64,000 nt of DNA from Eutreptiella sp. 'Long Island Sound 2002' (lineage: Eukaryota; Protista; Euglenida): the NCBI GenBank assembly GCA_964036045.1, contig OZ038379.1, forward strand, positions 22,754,001 through 22,818,000. Direction: 5' to 3'. The translations under genes and the position numbers were made by a program. Positions 60,123 to 64,000 of the stretch are shown piece by piece. The number at the start of each line of letters is the position of its first letter. The stretch's first letter is position 1. Under the pieces are notes generated by a model that ran no database searches, was not told the origin of the DNA, and saw only the letters and a list, made by a program, of their open reading frames with translations.

Positions 60123-61027
60123 CACCTGTCACGCGTCACCGGTCACGGGTCTAGGTCTGCAGGTCCAATACGGGTCCACTAGTCCACAGGTGTGACAATA
60201 ACTGTGATAGTGACTGTGACGGTGACTGTGACGGTGACTGTGACGGTGACTGTGACGGTGACTGTGACAGTGACTGTGACGGTGACTGTGACGGTGACTG
60301 TGACGGTGACTGTGACTGTGACAGTGTGACTGTGACTTTCACTGTCACTGTCACTGTCACAGTGACTGTCACTGTCACTGTCCCTGTCACTGTGACCGTC
60401 ACCGTCACTGTCAGCCTCAAAAAAACCAAGTGTGACATCCTAAACCCCCGCCCCAAAAATAAGAACATGCCCCAAACTAAGAACCGCCCCAAAAATAAGA
60501 ACCACCTGGGGCTTTCCACCGAGCGGGCCAAAAATAAGAACCACCTTGGACACAAGCAAGACGAAAGCGGGGAACACTGAAGATTTTTTTGTGCATCAGT
60601 TACTTGCGGAAATAGGAAGTGATAGTAGCTTGGCGCTTTGCTGCTGGCAGGTTGCAGACAGTATCAGGTTCAGGCACTGCCTGAGCCCTTGCAGCTACCA
60701 TTTGCTGAACATCCTGCTCCACCTCAGACATGGGAACAAAAGTGTAAGAGGGCAGAACCCGCAGCTTGCTGTCAGATGGGTCAGCAGGGAGATAGCCCAT
60801 CTTTTTGAAGACCTCATGTCGCTTGGCATTGCTAGCACTGATGGTTAAGCTGTGAGCCTTGGCGACAATGCGTGTCACCAACACCCGTCTGTCTCTGGCT
60901 GACAACGCAATAGGGACCGCCCCCAAAAATAAGAACCCCCCCTGCTACCGCCACCAACTGGGCCAAAAATAAGAACCGGTTCCTATTTTTTTTGGGGGGG
61001 GGGTTTACCCGTGACATTGTCACAGGT
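60123..61027 (-). mobile_element. TIR-like element retaining a transposase-like C-terminus with PIP-box
   Basis: ORF 60600-60926 ends AKRQATITSYFRK*; HEVFKKMGYLPADPSD resembles a pogo-type C-terminus; subterminal ccaaaaataagaac repeats; gtcacggg / cccgtgac ends. Confidence 0.5.
60190..60415. repeat. Palindromic microsatellite (GTGACT/GTGACG)n followed by its inverse
   Basis: Direct reading. Confidence 0.9.
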
Positions 61028-61233
61028 AGCCAGCCCCCCACCCCATCTCCCGGCCCCAGCCCCCGCATGGCGCGATTCTCATTGAGAACTCTGCCAAGGA
61101 CTAATACCAGGGCCAATGGTTTGGCCTTAGAAGCCCTGAAAATGGTGTCCTTTCGAGGTCTCTGGAGTATGCCAAAATTACCCCTAATGATTTTGAGCTT
61201 TTGAGCGAGTACACAGGGTCTAGAGGGTTGCTG

Positions 61234-61785
61234 CACGGGGGGGCGACTACAACCGGTCCTGATGCGACCCACCCCCCAACTATCTTTCAAAACTTGGGGG
61301 GGGGGGCAGTTTGGGGGGGGGGTCCCAGCCGGGGGTCGGGGGGGGGTGTTCCTCCCGGGGGTGGGGGGGGGGGGGTCTGGCAGGGGGTCGGGGGGGAGGG
61401 GGTCTGGCCGGGGGTCATGGGGGCGTCCAGCCAGGGGTGAGGGGGGGGGGGTTAGGGTTAGGGTTCGGGTTAGGGCCAGGGTTAGCCCTAGGGTTAGGGT
61501 TAGGACTAGGGTTAGGGCTAGGGTTGTGGTTGCTGTTAGGGCCTGCAGGCCTCTCGTAGCCCTCCTTCTTGTTGTTTTAACACAAATATGAATTCTCTAC
61601 AAAATTTTGAGTATTTTGAGTATAAACACATAGTATGAAAAAAAAATTTGGCGCCTTCGGCACCAGACAGTTTTCTCTAGACACACTTGTTGGTGGCCGA
61701 ACCGGCACCACTATCTTTCAAAACCCGGGGGGGGGGGGCTGGGGGGGGGTCGCATACAAGGACCGGGCCCGGCCGCCCCCCCGTG
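61234..61785. mobile_element. Same TIR element with telomeric array, copy 2
   Basis: Perfect 12-bp TIR cacgggggggcg; TSD ggttgctg at 61226-61233 and 61786-61793; TTAGGG array at ~61450-61525. Confidence 0.88.
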
Positions 61786-62944
61786 GGTTGCTGTTCATTC
61801 TTGGAGGCTTGCAACTAATTCCTAGCTGGTAAATCCGGAAGGGCTGCAATTGACTCTTGGAGGGTTGTTGTTAATTCCGAGAGGGATGCTGTGAATTCTT
61901 GGACGGTCGCTGTCAATTCCTGGGGGCGTGCTCTAATTTTTCGGGGCTTGCTGTTAGTTTTTGGAGGATCGCGCTACTCTTGATTTGGATCTGGTGGCAG
62001 GCCTAGGTCCAATCATTTCTTAGCTTCTTTAGCATCACCTACCTACACCCCGCTTCAAGGCATCATCCACTGGGGGCAAAGGTGAGGGGGTCCGTACACG
62101 AACATTGAACACGATGCGACGGTGCATTTGGATGCCACACCACATGGCCTTCAACAGAGGACTCGATTGCTACCAATTCCCCACATGGAGAAGGCGCAAT
62201 GACTTTGCCTATTACTTCCTCTCCAGTGGACTGAGTGTATGTGACACTTAAGCCCTTGGGCATCCATGCCATTGACATTGCTAAAAATGGTGGTACTGTG
62301 AAATGCAAAAGGGAAAGTAGCAATCAAACATGGGTCATGTGGACTGCTGGGTGAGGTACAAGCAATACGATAGGCAAATTGGGGACCTCAAAGCTTCAAA
62401 TACCATGTTTGCAACGCCTATTGGGGAGCAAGAGACGTGGTTCTCTCAGAAAATGCACCCTAACGATCTATGCATCCGGGCATGTATTCTACACCAGTGT
62501 AACTTGCAGTCAATTCGCTCTCAACTAGGGGTGTGGGTTCTTGGCACAACCCCAATATACGGACTGCGAGCGCACCGTGTCCATGACTCCCCAATTGAGC
62601 ACTCGCCATGAAAGTCACAAGCTTCATGCTTTGCTTATCTGTGGCAGATGTCATGCAATTGTCTACCTTGTTTTACACCCCAAAGGTGGAGCAACCTGCT
62701 GTCAACGTGCAGCTCCCCAGCGCAAAAGTGCCAACATCGCCGATGTAATGCTACTCCATGTGCGGTGGACAAGCCACCTCTTGTTCCAGCCCACCCTACA
62801 ATCGGCACCGAGTTGAATGGGACATGCAGTCCAAAATCATACGGTCCAAGGTGCTTGTGCTGTCAGACAATGAAAGGCAGTGGTGGAGTGCCCAGGTGAT
62901 CCATTTATCCCTCGCAATATCCTTCCTTTGCTTTCCTGCTGACC

Positions 62945-63016
62945 ACCACAGCTGGGGCTCAAATCCAGGACCTCTTGGGCAGGTGTCGTGTGCTATGACA
63001 GCTGAGCCAGACAACC
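62945..63016 (-). repeat. tRNA-derived SINE head / tRNA-like pseudogene
   Basis: A-box TGGCTCAGCTG and degenerate B-box GGATTTGAGCCCC ~33 nt apart; no complete cloverleaf. Confidence 0.45.
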
Positions 63017-64000
63017 TCCTTGTGGTGGCTTGGAGAATGAGGCGAGGGGGGGGGGGGGGGTGGATGAAGGCTAGGGATACTTCTGGGTGTACGCACTGGT
63101 TTGCATTTTGAGAAACAAATTGTTTACATTGCTTGTTCCAAGCCACTGGGGGAAAATGGTTTTTGGTAGGTGAGAGTGGGACAGTTGTCCATGCTCCTTG
63201 TGCCCCTTGGCGTGCTTGACCAAAATCTTCCCCAAGACATGAAGTTTGGAGGATGGAGGTTAGAGGGTGGGGGTGGGGGAGGTGCCCTTATGCGCACACC
63301 TCCCCTTTCCAGTTACGCCTGGTAACTGGCGTTCGCCCTGAAAACACGCCTGTTGAGTGATGCAAAAGGCCAGGGCCACCATACAGAGGGTAGTGCTCCA
63401 ACAGCTTCAGGCAGTCACATCATAACTGTGGATATGTCCAGTGAACTTTGTCATTTTGCTGAGGGGTCACACAAACTTCAAGTTTCAGGGAGGAATTCCT
63501 GAAGCGTTGCAACACTGGTCCCAGAAAGAGCAGTCACAAGCGTCCGCACTGCCCAGCACACACGGACAGCCTACGGTACGGGGGGTATCAGTGAAACACA
63601 CTCCATCCACCACCAGCCCAGGCAAGAGCGCAGGTATAATTCAAAGAAAAAGAAGGCAAACTGGAGTAGCACAGCAATGCCGGGCTTGGACCAAAGAGAT
63701 TAATGGTCCCACAGACTGCAGCACCACAGCGCGGGGGCACTAAGACAGGGGGCCCGGGCATCGGTTTGCAACTGCAGGGAAAGGTAATCTTGGGTCCGTA
63801 ATCAGATCCAACGGTCATGTTTATATTTCGTCCTATGGTTTGACGGAGCGGCACAGAGAGAGATTTCTGGGCACGTTGATAAATTGTTGTACATATTGTC
63901 TGGGATCACACCACAGGACTATGTGGGGCACTGGTCGCGATAGTGTGTACTAAGGGTCTCCTCAGCAAACACTGCAGCTTTACAGCAACAACCGCACTCC

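Noticed and set aside
60151-60580. ORFs with SQSPSQ / TVTVTV repeats
   Set aside because: Translations of a microsatellite

Overview
Repeat-dense eukaryotic window. It is probably a euglenid (Euglenozoa); this is inferred from TTAGGG repeats, TATE/VIPER-type elements, G/C-tract-rich introns and weak GT donors. Two intron-rich host genes lie on the minus strand. One is an alpha-kinase (eEF2K/MHCK family) with a RanBP2-type zinc finger (exons ~11951-25981, all modelled introns GT-AG). The other is an F-box/LRR protein (~29028-39026). The rest is mostly mobile DNA. Best candidates for novelty: (1) A near-intact tyrosine-recombinase retrotransposon (42180-47341, minus; gag-YR-RT/RNaseH) with split direct repeats. 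Its internal B|A junction forms a palindromic att-like site, and its gag stop codon is in frame with the YR and followed by a stem-loop, suggesting readthrough. A divergent, decayed relative (~50370-54250) has the same in-frame arrangement and an internal inversion. (2) A decayed LINE-like element (~8300-11910) whose N-terminus strings together JAB/MPN, PHD-like, KOW-like and DnaJ (HPD) domains ahead of an APE endonuclease. (3) A TIR element with 8-bp TSDs that carries interstitial telomere arrays (two copies). Also present: pogo-like remnants (one ending in a PIP-box), L1-like RT/zf-RVT/RNaseH fragments, a Penelope-like RT fragment, SINE-like repeats and minisatellites. All calls were made by eye from motifs; no database searches were run, and the boundaries of decayed elements are approximate.
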